A stretch of DNA of 64,000 nucleotides, from positions 186,001 to 250,000 of IMG/VR virus record IMGVR_UViG_3300031951_000003. One strand, written 5' to 3'. How positions within the stretch are numbered: the stretch's first letter is position 1; every line of letters begins with the position of its first letter. Under the pieces are notes generated by a model, which did not search any database, was not told the DNA's origin, and worked only from the letters and a program-made list of their open reading frames with translations. Positions 28,551-36,976 of this stretch are shown piece by piece. A program made the position numbers and the translations under genes.

Positions 28551-28850
28551 TTATTCATCAAACATTGATTCCAATTCTTTAACAACCTCCTTTGCATAAT
28601 CAATAATCTCATCGGCTTGTTCATCAGTCAAATCGTCGTCTTGATAAGCCTCATGCATTATTTTATAAATTTCATTAATACATCTTTCAACCTCATCCAA
28701 ATCCTCCTCCTCATCCATTGCGTGATTTGCAACCATATCAATTACTTTAAAATAATCTTCAGTAGGGTCATCCTCTCTTCTTTGTTCCTTTACTATCTTA
28801 TTAACCAATCTTGTTAAGTCAGATTCTGTGAGTTTTACTATCTTTTTCAT
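28551..28850 (-). CDS. Leader-B protein with highly acidic payload
   Basis: Start moved to 28850: MKKIVKLTESDLTRLVNKIVKEQ; DEEEDLDEVE, DDDLTDEQADE. Confidence 0.65.
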   Translation of the reverse strand: MKKIVKLTESDLTRLVNKIVKEQRREDDPTEDYFKVIDMVANHAMDEEEDLDEVERCINEIYKIMHEAYQDDDLTDEQADEIIDYAKEVVKELESMFDE

Positions 28851-28940
28851 ATGAAATAAATATCCCAAAAATTTTAAAATGAAAAAACCCCCTTCGTAAT
28901 TGAAGAGGGTTTTGTTCTATAAATTAAGATTATTAGTATC

Positions 28941-29381
28941 TTACAAACTTTGTATCAATTTGAATACTTGACCCCTATTCATATTTTCAGTTTTAATTAA
29001 TTTGGGTTTCTCGTCCCCAACCCTTGTATAATATTCAACTTTGTATGGTCCATTAATGTCTTTTAGTCCACTAAAATATATTTTTTTGAATTCATAATTA
29101 GGGTGATTATTTTTACTCAATTGTATAAAATCCCCTTCATCATCCGAAAAATTTTCAACTTTGTTGTTTCCTTTTGCCATACTAATAAGGTTCTCGGTAT
29201 AGATATTTAGTTTCTGTTTTTTTACATTATTATATCCCTTTTCTCTAAGTATATTTTTAATTTTATTTAAAAAACCACCATATATATCATTTTCACCATC
29301 AGTCTTTGTATTTTGTTCTTTAATAACTTTATTAACCAAACGAATCAAATCGTTTTCTGTTAATCTTATAATCTTTGACAT
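28941..29381 (-). CDS. Leader-B protein, paralogue of 30815
   Basis: MSKIIRLTENDL; shared GPY/FxVEY(Y/F)...KxIKTE C-terminal motif. Confidence 0.65.
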   Translation of the reverse strand: MSKIIRLTENDLIRLVNKVIKEQNTKTDGENDIYGGFLNKIKNILREKGYNNVKKQKLNIYTENLISMAKGNNKVENFSDDEGDFIQLSKNNHPNYEFKKIYFSGLKDINGPYKVEYYTRVGDEKPKLIKTENMNRGQVFKLIQSL

Positions 29382-29491
29382 AGAATTTATTTTCCAATAA
29401 ATATACCAAAAAAGGAGAATTTTTTCCCAAAAATTTTAAAATAAAAAACCCCCTTCTTTTCAGAAGAGGGTCTTGTTTTAAAAAAATATAA

Positions 29492-30007
29492 TTAAATTAA
29501 AGAGAGCTTAATTTTTACACCATTACCCGCGTCAATAGTTGCACTTTTTCCTTGATTACCAGCCAAAGATTGTAATCCCGCATTTAGTTTGTCTTGAGGT
29601 ACTCTAAATTTCATCCATCCATCGGAGGTCAGAGCGTCGGTAGGAATTAATTCTTTCATGATTTTTTTCATAGCATTACCTGATGGTTGAGCTTCTCCCA
29701 GTAATGTTCCTTGTCTGTCTCTTCTAACATTTCTCAAAATTACATTAAAAGGCACGTTAGGTAAAAATGAACCTGGGTCATACACCCCTTTTACACTGTA
29801 TTTGTAAGTTGTGTTTGGAATGTTCTGTCCTTTGTTGTCTCTTTGTGAAAGATAAATTGTACCAGTTCCGTCGCTTGAAGCATTAACCAAAGCTGGAGTT
29901 GCAAGAACAGTTAACAAAGGAACTTGAGCCATAGGTGCTTGTTCTTTTATAACTCTCTTAACCAAATTCAACAAGTCGGATTCAGTTAATTTTATAATTT
30001 TCGACAT
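29492..30007 (-). CDS. Leader-B beta-rich protein
   Basis: MSKIIKLTESDLLNLVKRVIKEQ. Confidence 0.65.
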   Translation of the reverse strand: MSKIIKLTESDLLNLVKRVIKEQAPMAQVPLLTVLATPALVNASSDGTGTIYLSQRDNKGQNIPNTTYKYSVKGVYDPGSFLPNVPFNVILRNVRRDRQGTLLGEAQPSGNAMKKIMKELIPTDALTSDGWMKFRVPQDKLNAGLQSLAGNQGKSATIDAGNGVKIKLSLI

Positions 30008-30110
30008 ATAACTTATTTTACTATAAATAGACCCAAAAAGGACAATTTTTTCCCAAAAAATTTTTTTAAGAAAAAACCCCCTTCGTAATTGAAGAGGGTC
30101 TTATTTCAGA

Positions 30111-30407
30111 TTAACTTTGACCGAATCGTCTGTAGTATCTTATTTCATAATATCTTTTATCCTTACAATCTATTCTTGTTCTAGAACCATACTCATATGA
30201 GGGAATACAAAAACCTGATTTAATATTTTTTATTAGTTCTTCAGTTGATTTAACCGCATTAGGGTCTGATTTTATTGTTTGAGGAGTTGATTGTTCAGAA
30301 AGATTGTGCATACCAAATCTACTTTCAGGTTGTTCCTTCAATAATCTTTTTTCCAACATTAAATTTGATTCCTGAATATGTCTTATTTTACTGAAACTTC
30401 TATTCAT
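30111..30407 (-). CDS. Leader-D protein
   Basis: Start moved to 30407: MNRSFSKIRHIQESNLMLEKRLLKEQ. Confidence 0.65.
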   Translation of the reverse strand: MNRSFSKIRHIQESNLMLEKRLLKEQPESRFGMHNLSEQSTPQTIKSDPNAVKSTEELIKNIKSGFCIPSYEYGSRTRIDCKDKRYYEIRYYRRFGQS

Positions 30408-30462
30408 AAAATATGTTTCCAATAAATACTCCCAAAAATTTTTTTCTCAGTTGAAGGATAAA

Positions 30463-30714
30463 TTAAATCAAATGGTCGTGTTTTAGAAAAAGAATATAAC
30501 CTTCAATATCTCTCAATACTTGGTTTACATTCCTACCCGACAAATGATAAAACCCATGTTTACTTTTTTTGATTGTTATAAGTTCCCCATTTGAAAAATA
30601 TATTCTTTTCGGTGACCTTCTAACAACCGAGACCTTATTACTCCCATTCATATAATGGTCCCCAACATTACAATCCAAAATAAACTGATGTGATTTTATC
30701 CATAAATTTTCCAT
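30463..30714 (-). CDS. Hypothetical protein under a host-type promoter
   Basis: No leader; sigma-A promoter at 30719-30750. Confidence 0.55.
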   Translation of the reverse strand: MENLWIKSHQFILDCNVGDHYMNGSNKVSVVRRSPKRIYFSNGELITIKKSKHGFYHLSGRNVNQVLRDIEGYILFLKHDHLI

Positions 30715-30718
30715 AACA

Positions 30719-30750
30719 CAAAAATAAGAAATGTTCTTTTTTTTCCCAAA
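30719..30750 (-). promoter_or_regulatory. Bacteroidota sigma-A promoter
   Basis: Minus strand TTTG-N20-TATTTTTG. Confidence 0.7.
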
Positions 30751-30814
30751 AATTTCAAATTAAAAAACCCCCTTCGTTTCGGAAGAGGGTCATGTTTATA
30801 GTTAAATTTCTTTA

Positions 30815-31198
30815 TTACCCAAAGTTTTGGAGAAGTTGCCCAATTTTATATCCATCCAATTTTTCTGTTTTGATTTTTTTTCCACCTTTAAAATATTCTA
30901 CAACGAAAGGTCCGAACATACTATAGTTATTCAAATAAATTATTGTAGATTCTGGACTTGTCCCCGTGTCACTTAAAATCAATTTTTTTTGACCTCCTTC
31001 ATCATAAAAATCAACCGTGTAAGGTCTCTTGTACATTGATAAAAGTGAATAATTGCTTTTAATAAGTTTGAATCCTTTCTTTAAAAAATCTTTTTTTACC
31101 ATTTGTAAAAAAGATTCTAAAGTCTCTGATTGTTCTTGAATTACTCTTTTCGCCAAACGAACCAAATCTTGTTCTGTAAGTTTTATAACTTTTGACAT
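30815..31198 (-). CDS. Leader-B protein
   Basis: Start moved to 31198: MSKVIKLTEQDLVRLAKRVIQEQ. Confidence 0.65.
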   Translation of the reverse strand: MSKVIKLTEQDLVRLAKRVIQEQSETLESFLQMVKKDFLKKGFKLIKSNYSLLSMYKRPYTVDFYDEGGQKKLILSDTGTSPESTIIYLNNYSMFGPFVVEYFKGGKKIKTEKLDGYKIGQLLQNFG

Positions 31199-31308
31199 AT
31201 AAATAATTTTATTATAAATATACCGAAAAAGGACAATTTTTCCCAAAAATTTTTTTTGCGTTATTCAAGGTATTATCCCCCCCAAAACTGACATTTTGAC
31301 CTACATAA

Positions 31309-31369
31309 GGGGGGATACGGGGGGAGGGGGGCCCCCATAGGGGGGTATGCCCCCATGCCGAAGGGGGGT
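31309..31369 (+). other. G-tract cluster, potential G-quadruplex/hairpin
   Basis: Five G6 runs at about 31309, 31319, 31326, 31340 and 31363, interleaved with C5 runs. Confidence 0.6.
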
Positions 31370-31371
31370 GT

Positions 31372-31430
31372 TGTGGATAAATAGTTATTCCCACCCCCTA
31401 TACATTTATCAACAGATAGGATGTGGAAAA
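31372..31430. promoter_or_regulatory. DnaA-box-like cluster 1
   Basis: TGTGGATAA (perfect, 31372-31380), TTATCAACA (31406-31414), TGTGGAAAA (31422-31430). Confidence 0.55.
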
Positions 31431-31445
31431 GTTAATTTGGTTTTG

Positions 31446-31940
31446 TCAGAATGTCCGATTTCGTTCAGTGAATACTGCGTCAGATGGTATCTCTTTTATC
31501 TCGGGGATAATCCATGACCCCACCACGAAGCTTCTACCTTTACGTATCTTAAGGTCTTCGGGGATTGCGTTAGATGTGGATACAGATTTCATTGTCTTCT
31601 CCACGTCGGCTTGTATATCTTGTGTCTGTTCTCTATCCACATTAAACATTGTGGCGAGGTATGAGGTTTCATAAGTGTTTGGGAGGTGATGACCAAGTCT
31701 TTTATCCAAATAATATCTTAGGTATGATACCATTGGCCACCCCGTTTGTTTTTGTAGGATGAAGGGGTCCACGAACACGTCGAGGAAGATGAGGTTATAT
31801 TGGTTTATCTCCTCATCACTTGGGACCCTGATATCTATAATCCATGGGTATTCCCTTTTAAGAATCCTTTTGATTAACTTATACTCATAGGAGCTTTCCA
31901 CTTCATCTTTGGTTACATAGTTATGTTGTTCGACAGGCAT
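31446..31940 (-). CDS. Hypothetical protein
   Basis: ILKREYPWIIDIRV; ATAAATA upstream. Confidence 0.55.
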   Translation of the reverse strand: MPVEQHNYVTKDEVESSYEYKLIKRILKREYPWIIDIRVPSDEEINQYNLIFLDVFVDPFILQKQTGWPMVSYLRYYLDKRLGHHLPNTYETSYLATMFNVDREQTQDIQADVEKTMKSVSTSNAIPEDLKIRKGRSFVVGSWIIPEIKEIPSDAVFTERNRTF

Positions 31941-32097
31941 TAAAAAAAATAAATTTGGTTATATCATAAATACTTCGGACCTTTGTTATGTCTGAAGCGG
32001 GAGTGTATGGACGGGCTGGGGAATAACCCTTGGAGCTGAATCAGAGGTAGCTTGCTTATACCCCATGGATAAGATTTCTTTTGGTGGAATGAAATAA

Positions 32098-32514
32098 TTG
32101 TCGTATCTTTGCCTTATGTTATATCTTAAAACCCCGACCATCACGATGACCACCCCATATATTAGGGACGTGGTTGGTGAGACCATTATGTGGTGTGAGA
32201 AGAACATGGGAAAAAAAAGGAAGAGGACCAAACTTAAGTTTAGGGTTCTGACTCAGACCCATGGGGAAAATTGTTATGGGATGTATGACCCCAAAAAGAA
32301 TACCATCATCGTCCACAGAAATATGTGTCAGTCGGTGAGAGATGTGGTGAAGGTTGTCATTCATGAGTATACCCATTTTCTTCAGGACCTTCGTGGATAT
32401 TCGAAGGTATTAAGGGAAGTTGGATATAGAAGACACCCACAAGAAGTTGAGGCGAGGGGGAATGAAAAATTGTTTTCGAAATGTTGGACCGATATAAAAA
32501 ATAACTTATGTTAA
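32098..32514 (+). CDS. HEXXH zinc metallopeptidase-like protein
   Basis: VVIHEYTHFLQ...HPQEVEA. Confidence 0.7.
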   Translation: MSYLCLMLYLKTPTITMTTPYIRDVVGETIMWCEKNMGKKRKRTKLKFRVLTQTHGENCYGMYDPKKNTIIVHRNMCQSVRDVVKVVIHEYTHFLQDLRGYSKVLREVGYRRHPQEVEARGNEKLFSKCWTDIKNNLC

Positions 32515-32719
32515 GAATTATTTATTTTCTTATTCTTGGGTTTCTGTTTGTTTGGGGTTGGAATCATATCCCGAACTTTATGGCTTACCTTTTCGTGGGA
32601 GCCCTTGTTGCATTTTTCATCAAACAAACAAAAGATTAAATGAGACGATTTTTAAAAGCCCTTCTTGTTGGCTACATTATCCTTGGTGTGTGGGATATTC
32701 TCTTTGGAAAAAAGAAACC

Positions 32720-33001
32720 TTAGAGCCCCGCCCCTCTTATTAACTCCCTACACTTCTCTATTATCTGAGTTGGGGTAATGGACTCGTCTTTCGTATAGAG
32801 TCCCTCCACTTTTGCATCCACGCATGCCCATGCGTTTAGTCCGATAGGTTTTCTTACAAACCCCGTCTTTGCCTTCTCGAAATATAAAATCCCTAAGTGT
32901 TCCCTCAGGTCCCCGAGCTTGAAACTTACCTCCACCGATATTCGGTCAGGGGTAATCAGTGTGATATCAAATGACAGTTTGTCCATGGTCCCATTAAACA
33001 T
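32720..33001 (-). CDS. Hypothetical protein
   Basis: ORF track. Confidence 0.5.
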   Translation of the reverse strand: MFNGTMDKLSFDITLITPDRISVEVSFKLGDLREHLGILYFEKAKTGFVRKPIGLNAWACVDAKVEGLYTKDESITPTQIIEKCRELIRGAGL

Positions 33002-33028
33002 AGTTTAGGAACATATAAAAATAAAGAA

Positions 33029-33210
33029 TGTGGAAAACTTCTTTTGGTCCTGACGCTATGTCAGTGTGGAAAACTTTTCTTTCGTTGGGGGTAAATGTGG
33101 ATAACTTTTTTTGATTTTGTCATAATGTCAGGGGAGCGTTGCATAGGGGATAATCCCCTCGACCCATTTTCCCCCACTTTTCCCCACCACTCATTCCCAC
33201 ATTTTCCCAC
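33029..33210. promoter_or_regulatory. DnaA-box-like cluster 2 with pyrimidine-rich TTCCC(C)AC repeats
   Basis: TGTGGAAAA at 33029 and 33065, TGTGGATAA (perfect) at 33096-33104, AGGGGA-taa-TCCCCT at 33145-33159. Confidence 0.55.
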
Positions 33211-33513
33211 CACTTATGGTCATGTAGATAGTGTAAAGACCACTTTTTCCCCTCTCACGGTATCAGGAAGACCAGTTTTTTAATATGTATGTTTCTTAGC
33301 AAAAAAAGGAAGATTAAGTATGAGACGGGGGGAGTGAACGTAGTGAACCTTTAATGTGTATTAATTAACCTTCAACGAGAGGGACATTTTGTCTCCCTGT
33401 AGCGATGGACAAGTAGTATATGGTGGTAAAATGTGGAGGTAAAAAGTTATAGATATGATTATAGTTTATCACGATAGTGTTGTATATTGTAATCATGTTT
33501 ATAACTTATCATA

Positions 33514-33589
33514 TATCGTTTCGTTATACGATATGTCATTATATCGTGTGAATATACGATTGTCTATAATATCGTTTCATTAGACGATT
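33514..33589. repeat. Three tandem palindromes TATCGT-N8-ACGATW at 28-bp period
   Basis: Copies at 33514-33533, 33542-33561 and 33570-33589. Confidence 0.85.
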
Positions 33590-33690
33590 ATGTAATCACC
33601 ATCTCATCTGTCCCCTCACTGAGTGGGGGGAACTTATGGGTGGGGGAAAAGTCAAGTTCATATACTGTGTAGTCTTACTTTTTTATGTAA

Positions 33691-33712
33691 AAGTAAAGTT
33701 ATAACTTTACTT
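33691..33712. promoter_or_regulatory. 22-bp perfect palindrome, probable operator
   Basis: AAGTAAAGTTATAACTTTACTT, 21 bp upstream of ATG 33734. Confidence 0.6.
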
Positions 33713-33733
33713 AAATGGGTGATACTTATTACT

Positions 33734-34192
33734 ATGATATACTTTATAGAAAATTTAGAAACCAAACACATTAAAATTGGTTTCACTACAGATATTAAAA
33801 ATAGACTAAGTAACTTACAGACATCTTCACCATATGAGTTAAAAGTGTTAGCGGTTTGTGAAGGAAATGATAAAACCGAAAAAGAATTACATATTAAATT
33901 TAACGATTACCATACCAGAGGAGAGTGGTTTAATCCTAATAAAGAATTGATTGACTATATCAGTCAGTTCCCCCCATATAAGTCAGATAACAAACAACAC
34001 GGTAATTTAGCTAGTCTAAGAAAACAGAAGAAGATGAGTATGGAAGAAGTTGGTAAAAAAATGAAGATAAGTAAACAAGCTGTTTCAGATATCGAAAAGA
34101 GATACGAATATGGTAATATAACAATCAAAAACCTTAGGTCATATCTTGATGCTATTGGTTATGATGTTACTATAGTTTTCTCGCCGAAATAA
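33734..34192 (+). CDS. T5orf172 (GIY-YIG-like) domain fused to XRE-family HTH
   Basis: MIYFIE...IKIGFT...RLSNLQTSSPYEL...EKELH..F.....RGEWF; LASLRKQKKMSMEEVGKKMKISKQAVSDIE. Confidence 0.8.
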   Translation: MIYFIENLETKHIKIGFTTDIKNRLSNLQTSSPYELKVLAVCEGNDKTEKELHIKFNDYHTRGEWFNPNKELIDYISQFPPYKSDNKQHGNLASLRKQKKMSMEEVGKKMKISKQAVSDIEKRYEYGNITIKNLRSYLDAIGYDVTIVFSPK

Positions 34193-34285
34193 GATTATAC
34201 AACAAGTGAGTGAATGAAGGACACTCCCGAACCTTTAGGTGAGGGATGTATTGTGTCCGTAGTGAATGAACTTGTTGTATAATCT
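34192..34285. repeat. Structured element copy 1 (nested hairpin)
   Basis: 16-bp perfect outer stem AGATTATACAACAAGT/ACTTGTTGTATAATCT; inner GGACAC/GTGTCC, TCCC/GGGA and ACC-ttta-GGT. Confidence 0.8.
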
Positions 34286-35036
34286 AAACTTGATAAACTT
34301 CATATGAGATAGGGATAGATAGTGATTGTTTGATGTTATCAATCATGCCCGTTCTTTGTTTAACATTTCCCCATGTAATGAAGAAAAGACCATTTTCTAA
34401 CTGAATGAAGCTATTTCTGTTCATTTTTTTTGGGTCTGAAGTCATAGACGAAGGGAGTTCATCTTTTGTCTTTTTGAAGTAATTGGGTAACTTGGTAAGT
34501 AAAACTTCAGGTGAGAAATTGGTTGAGAGATACTGACCAAGAAGAACATATCTATCAATAGTTGTATCCGCGACAAATTCAGTATTATCAATAAAGATTT
34601 TGATTGAAGACCTGACTTTTTTGATATTTTCTAAAATCTCAATTTTTTGAGTTTGAGTGGTCCCTGAATCTGAGACAATTGATTCAGTTAAATCAAGTTC
34701 AAGTGTTTCGGGAAAATAATTGGTAAGTTTAGTAATTTTTTTGTGTAATAAATCCTCATCATCACAATCAAACCATTCAGTGGTAATACTTTTTCTATCG
34801 TTATATTCTTTAGTAACTCTATATTCTTCGAAACATGCGTGGAGGGCCTTTTCTAAGGAACTCATGTGATTAGTTTGGAATATACGTATAAACACAACGT
34901 CCACAGGCATGTGTGTAGAATTTAACGCGGTTTCTCGGGATTTATAATCTATGGACCGACCTAACTTATAATAATTCGTTATAAAATTACCAAGATGGTC
35001 AACCATTCTTCCAATGTAACAATAACCTTGACTCAT
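34284..35036 (-). CDS. T5orf172 (GIY-YIG-like) nuclease with C-terminal putative DNA-binding domain
   Basis: GYCYIG...YYKLGRS...RETALNST...LEKALH...TEWF. Confidence 0.75.
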   Translation of the reverse strand: MSQGYCYIGRMVDHLGNFITNYYKLGRSIDYKSRETALNSTHMPVDVVFIRIFQTNHMSSLEKALHACFEEYRVTKEYNDRKSITTEWFDCDDEDLLHKKITKLTNYFPETLELDLTESIVSDSGTTQTQKIEILENIKKVRSSIKIFIDNTEFVADTTIDRYVLLGQYLSTNFSPEVLLTKLPNYFKKTKDELPSSMTSDPKKMNRNSFIQLENGLFFITWGNVKQRTGMIDNIKQSLSIPISYEVYQV

Positions 35037-35175
35037 AAATTATTTTATGAGCTAAAATAAAAAATATTTTTCTTCTTACAAAAAATTATTTTACCCCCTC
35101 ACTTATGCGGGGGGTTTATTAGGTGGGGGGTTATCTTTAATCTTGTATGAATCAACAAGGATTACTTAACAGTTC

Positions 35176-35276
35176 GATTATACAATTAAAGAGTGAAGTG
35201 AATGAGGACACTTCCGAACCGAAGGTGAGGAATGTATTTGTGTCCGATATGAACTGAACGAATTAATTGGATAATC
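35176..35276. repeat. Structured element copy 2
   Basis: GATTATACAATTAA/TTAATTGGATAATC outer stem (1 mismatch); GGACAC/GTGTCC, TTCC/GGAA and ACC-gaa-GGT. Confidence 0.8.
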
Positions 35277-35292
35277 TTTTTTTACTATATTT

Positions 35293-35547
35293 ATGGATAT
35301 GGGAGAAGCACTTCAGAAGATATTAGAACAATTGATTGTAAAGAAGTATAATTCACTTATTGGAGTGGATGTTTCTAACTTTTATATGAATGAGGATTGG
35401 TATAGAATTACTTATTATTTTAATCCACCACTTGAGCATAAAGATGCTATTGAGATTATGGAAGAGACCGCGACTTTATATAAAATGCTTGGTCCGAGTG
35501 GTAAGGGAGACATAATCGTTGATTTTAAAAAAGTTGAGGATAAATGA
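35293..35547 (+). CDS. Hypothetical protein
   Basis: Sense TATTTAT at the start (true ATG possibly 35299). Confidence 0.55.
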   Translation: MDMGEALQKILEQLIVKKYNSLIGVDVSNFYMNEDWYRITYYFNPPLEHKDAIEIMEETATLYKMLGPSGKGDIIVDFKKVEDK

Positions 35548-35861
35548 CCGTCGAACAAGAAGTAAATAGGATTGTTAAATTTGTTAAGGAATTATATTCC
35601 CCCTATGATGTTTATGTTCAGGGCAGTAAAATGGGTAAGTATAGTATCATATTTTACTTCGAGGAAATCGACGACAGGTATATTGTTAATCCGCAGCATA
35701 AGGACCAAAAACAACATAAAGCCAACATGTTTAAACGCGAAATTAGAGACCAAATATATAACTTCTTCGGAATCAAAACCACGGGACTGCAACCAAATGA
35801 TTATTTTTCCCCACACGAAGAACACCCTATAACAATCGTTGTAACCTATGTAAATAAATAA
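35544..35861 (+). CDS. Hypothetical protein resembling the payload of 55357
   Basis: IIFYF...MFKREIRDQIYNFFGI. Confidence 0.55.
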   Translation: MTVEQEVNRIVKFVKELYSPYDVYVQGSKMGKYSIIFYFEEIDDRYIVNPQHKDQKQHKANMFKREIRDQIYNFFGIKTTGLQPNDYFSPHEEHPITIVVTYVNK

Positions 35862-35863
35862 TC

Positions 35864-36247
35864 ATGAGATATATTATAACACAAACACAACTTCATTCTT
35901 TGATATACAGATACTTGAATGAAATGTTCTCTAACAAAGACTTTAGAAAAGAAATTAATCCATATGTAAAAGACGGTAATACATGGAGGATTAATATGTT
36001 TGATAATGATGGTAATGAACTCATGAACTATTTTTGGTTTGGGCCAGGTAATTCTTGGGACGACGACGAAGATACTCCTCCACACAATGGTGTTGGTAGT
36101 CTTCACATCCACCACAGAATTGTTGATGCACTGAAAAAGACATTCTCCATTAGAGAAAGCAAGGTTCTTGATATCGTTGCTGATTGGGTTAGTGAGACTT
36201 TGGGTGGTGATATTGATGAGATTGACATTTACCCCACCAAAAACTAA
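35864..36247 (+). CDS. Leader-A, W-F family-like protein
   Basis: MRYIITQTQLHSLIYRYLNE; IVADWVSETL. Confidence 0.6.
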   Translation: MRYIITQTQLHSLIYRYLNEMFSNKDFRKEINPYVKDGNTWRINMFDNDGNELMNYFWFGPGNSWDDDEDTPPHNGVGSLHIHHRIVDALKKTFSIRESKVLDIVADWVSETLGGDIDEIDIYPTKN

Positions 36248-36582
36248 TATTCTAACTTCTTATTAAAATCTAATACCGTAGAGACTTCTCCTGTCCATCC
36301 ATCGGCAAGATAACCGTTTTTCAAATTCTTGATTGCATATATTGCTTCCGATTCTGTTTTGAATACAATTGCTGTGGTGTGACAATCACCCCATCCACAA
36401 ACCATTTCTTTGATTGTATACCATCTTTCCCAAAAGAATAAAAACTTCTTCTTAACTTGTATGGTATATTGTTCTTTTTGGACATCACACCTTTCATAAT
36501 AAGTGTGTTTTACGGTTCTAAATAATGGAATGTTTTTCATATGTTCAAATCTAATATTGAATATGAAAAAGAAAACCCCCAC
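36244..36582 (-). CDS. Hypothetical protein
   Basis: ORF track; true start probably internal MKNIPLF. Confidence 0.5.
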   Translation of the reverse strand: MGVFFFIFNIRFEHMKNIPLFRTVKHTYYERCDVQKEQYTIQVKKKFLFFWERWYTIKEMVCGWGDCHTTAIVFKTESEAIYAIKNLKNGYLADGWTGEVSTVLDFNKKLEY

Positions 36583-36601
36583 ATTTCTGTGAGGGTTAAT
36601 T

Positions 36602-36976
36602 TTATTGATGTTCGAAAGTAAGAGTTATATCACCCCCATCTTCGAATTCATTCCACGCTAATAGTGTTTCCCCGCCGTTTGATGTTTGGGTCCACGACTT
36701 GCCATTTGCAGTTGCTGTCATTTTAAGTGTTTGAACTCCATCAGCCATCCATCCTCTATCGACATAGACTCCCGCCTCAGGACCAAATGAAAGATTCCCT
36801 TGCATATACCATACGTTTGGTTCCACCCAAAACAATAATGATTTGGTATTATGAACTTCCTGAGATGACCATTGTGTCTCTGAGTTTGCTCCGATGGTTG
36901 TATTACCAAGACCCACACCGTCTATGGTTAAATTATATTCGGTGTTGTTTTGAATTGTTACATTTGCTTGCCACAT
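36602..36976 (-). CDS. Beta-rich hypothetical protein
   Basis: ORF track; flanked by a terminator. Confidence 0.55.
   Translation of the reverse strand: MWQANVTIQNNTEYNLTIDGVGLGNTTIGANSETQWSSQEVHNTKSLLFWVEPNVWYMQGNLSFGPEAGVYVDRGWMADGVQTLKMTATANGKSWTQTSNGGETLLAWNEFEDGGDITLTFEHQ

Larger units (their letters stand above)
27332..30796 (-). repeat. Seven copies of a conserved terminator-containing intergenic repeat
   Basis: AAAAAACCCCCTTCg-N4/5-GAAGAGGGTcTTgTT at 27332, 27892, 28498, 28882, 29443, 30071 and 30762; most preceded by CCCAAAAATTTT. Confidence 0.9.

Noticed and set aside
19652-31255. Classical integron (attC/intI)
   Set aside because: No RYYYAAC/GTTRRRY cores were recognised and there is no tyrosine recombinase in the window. 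Only the cassette logic is analogous.
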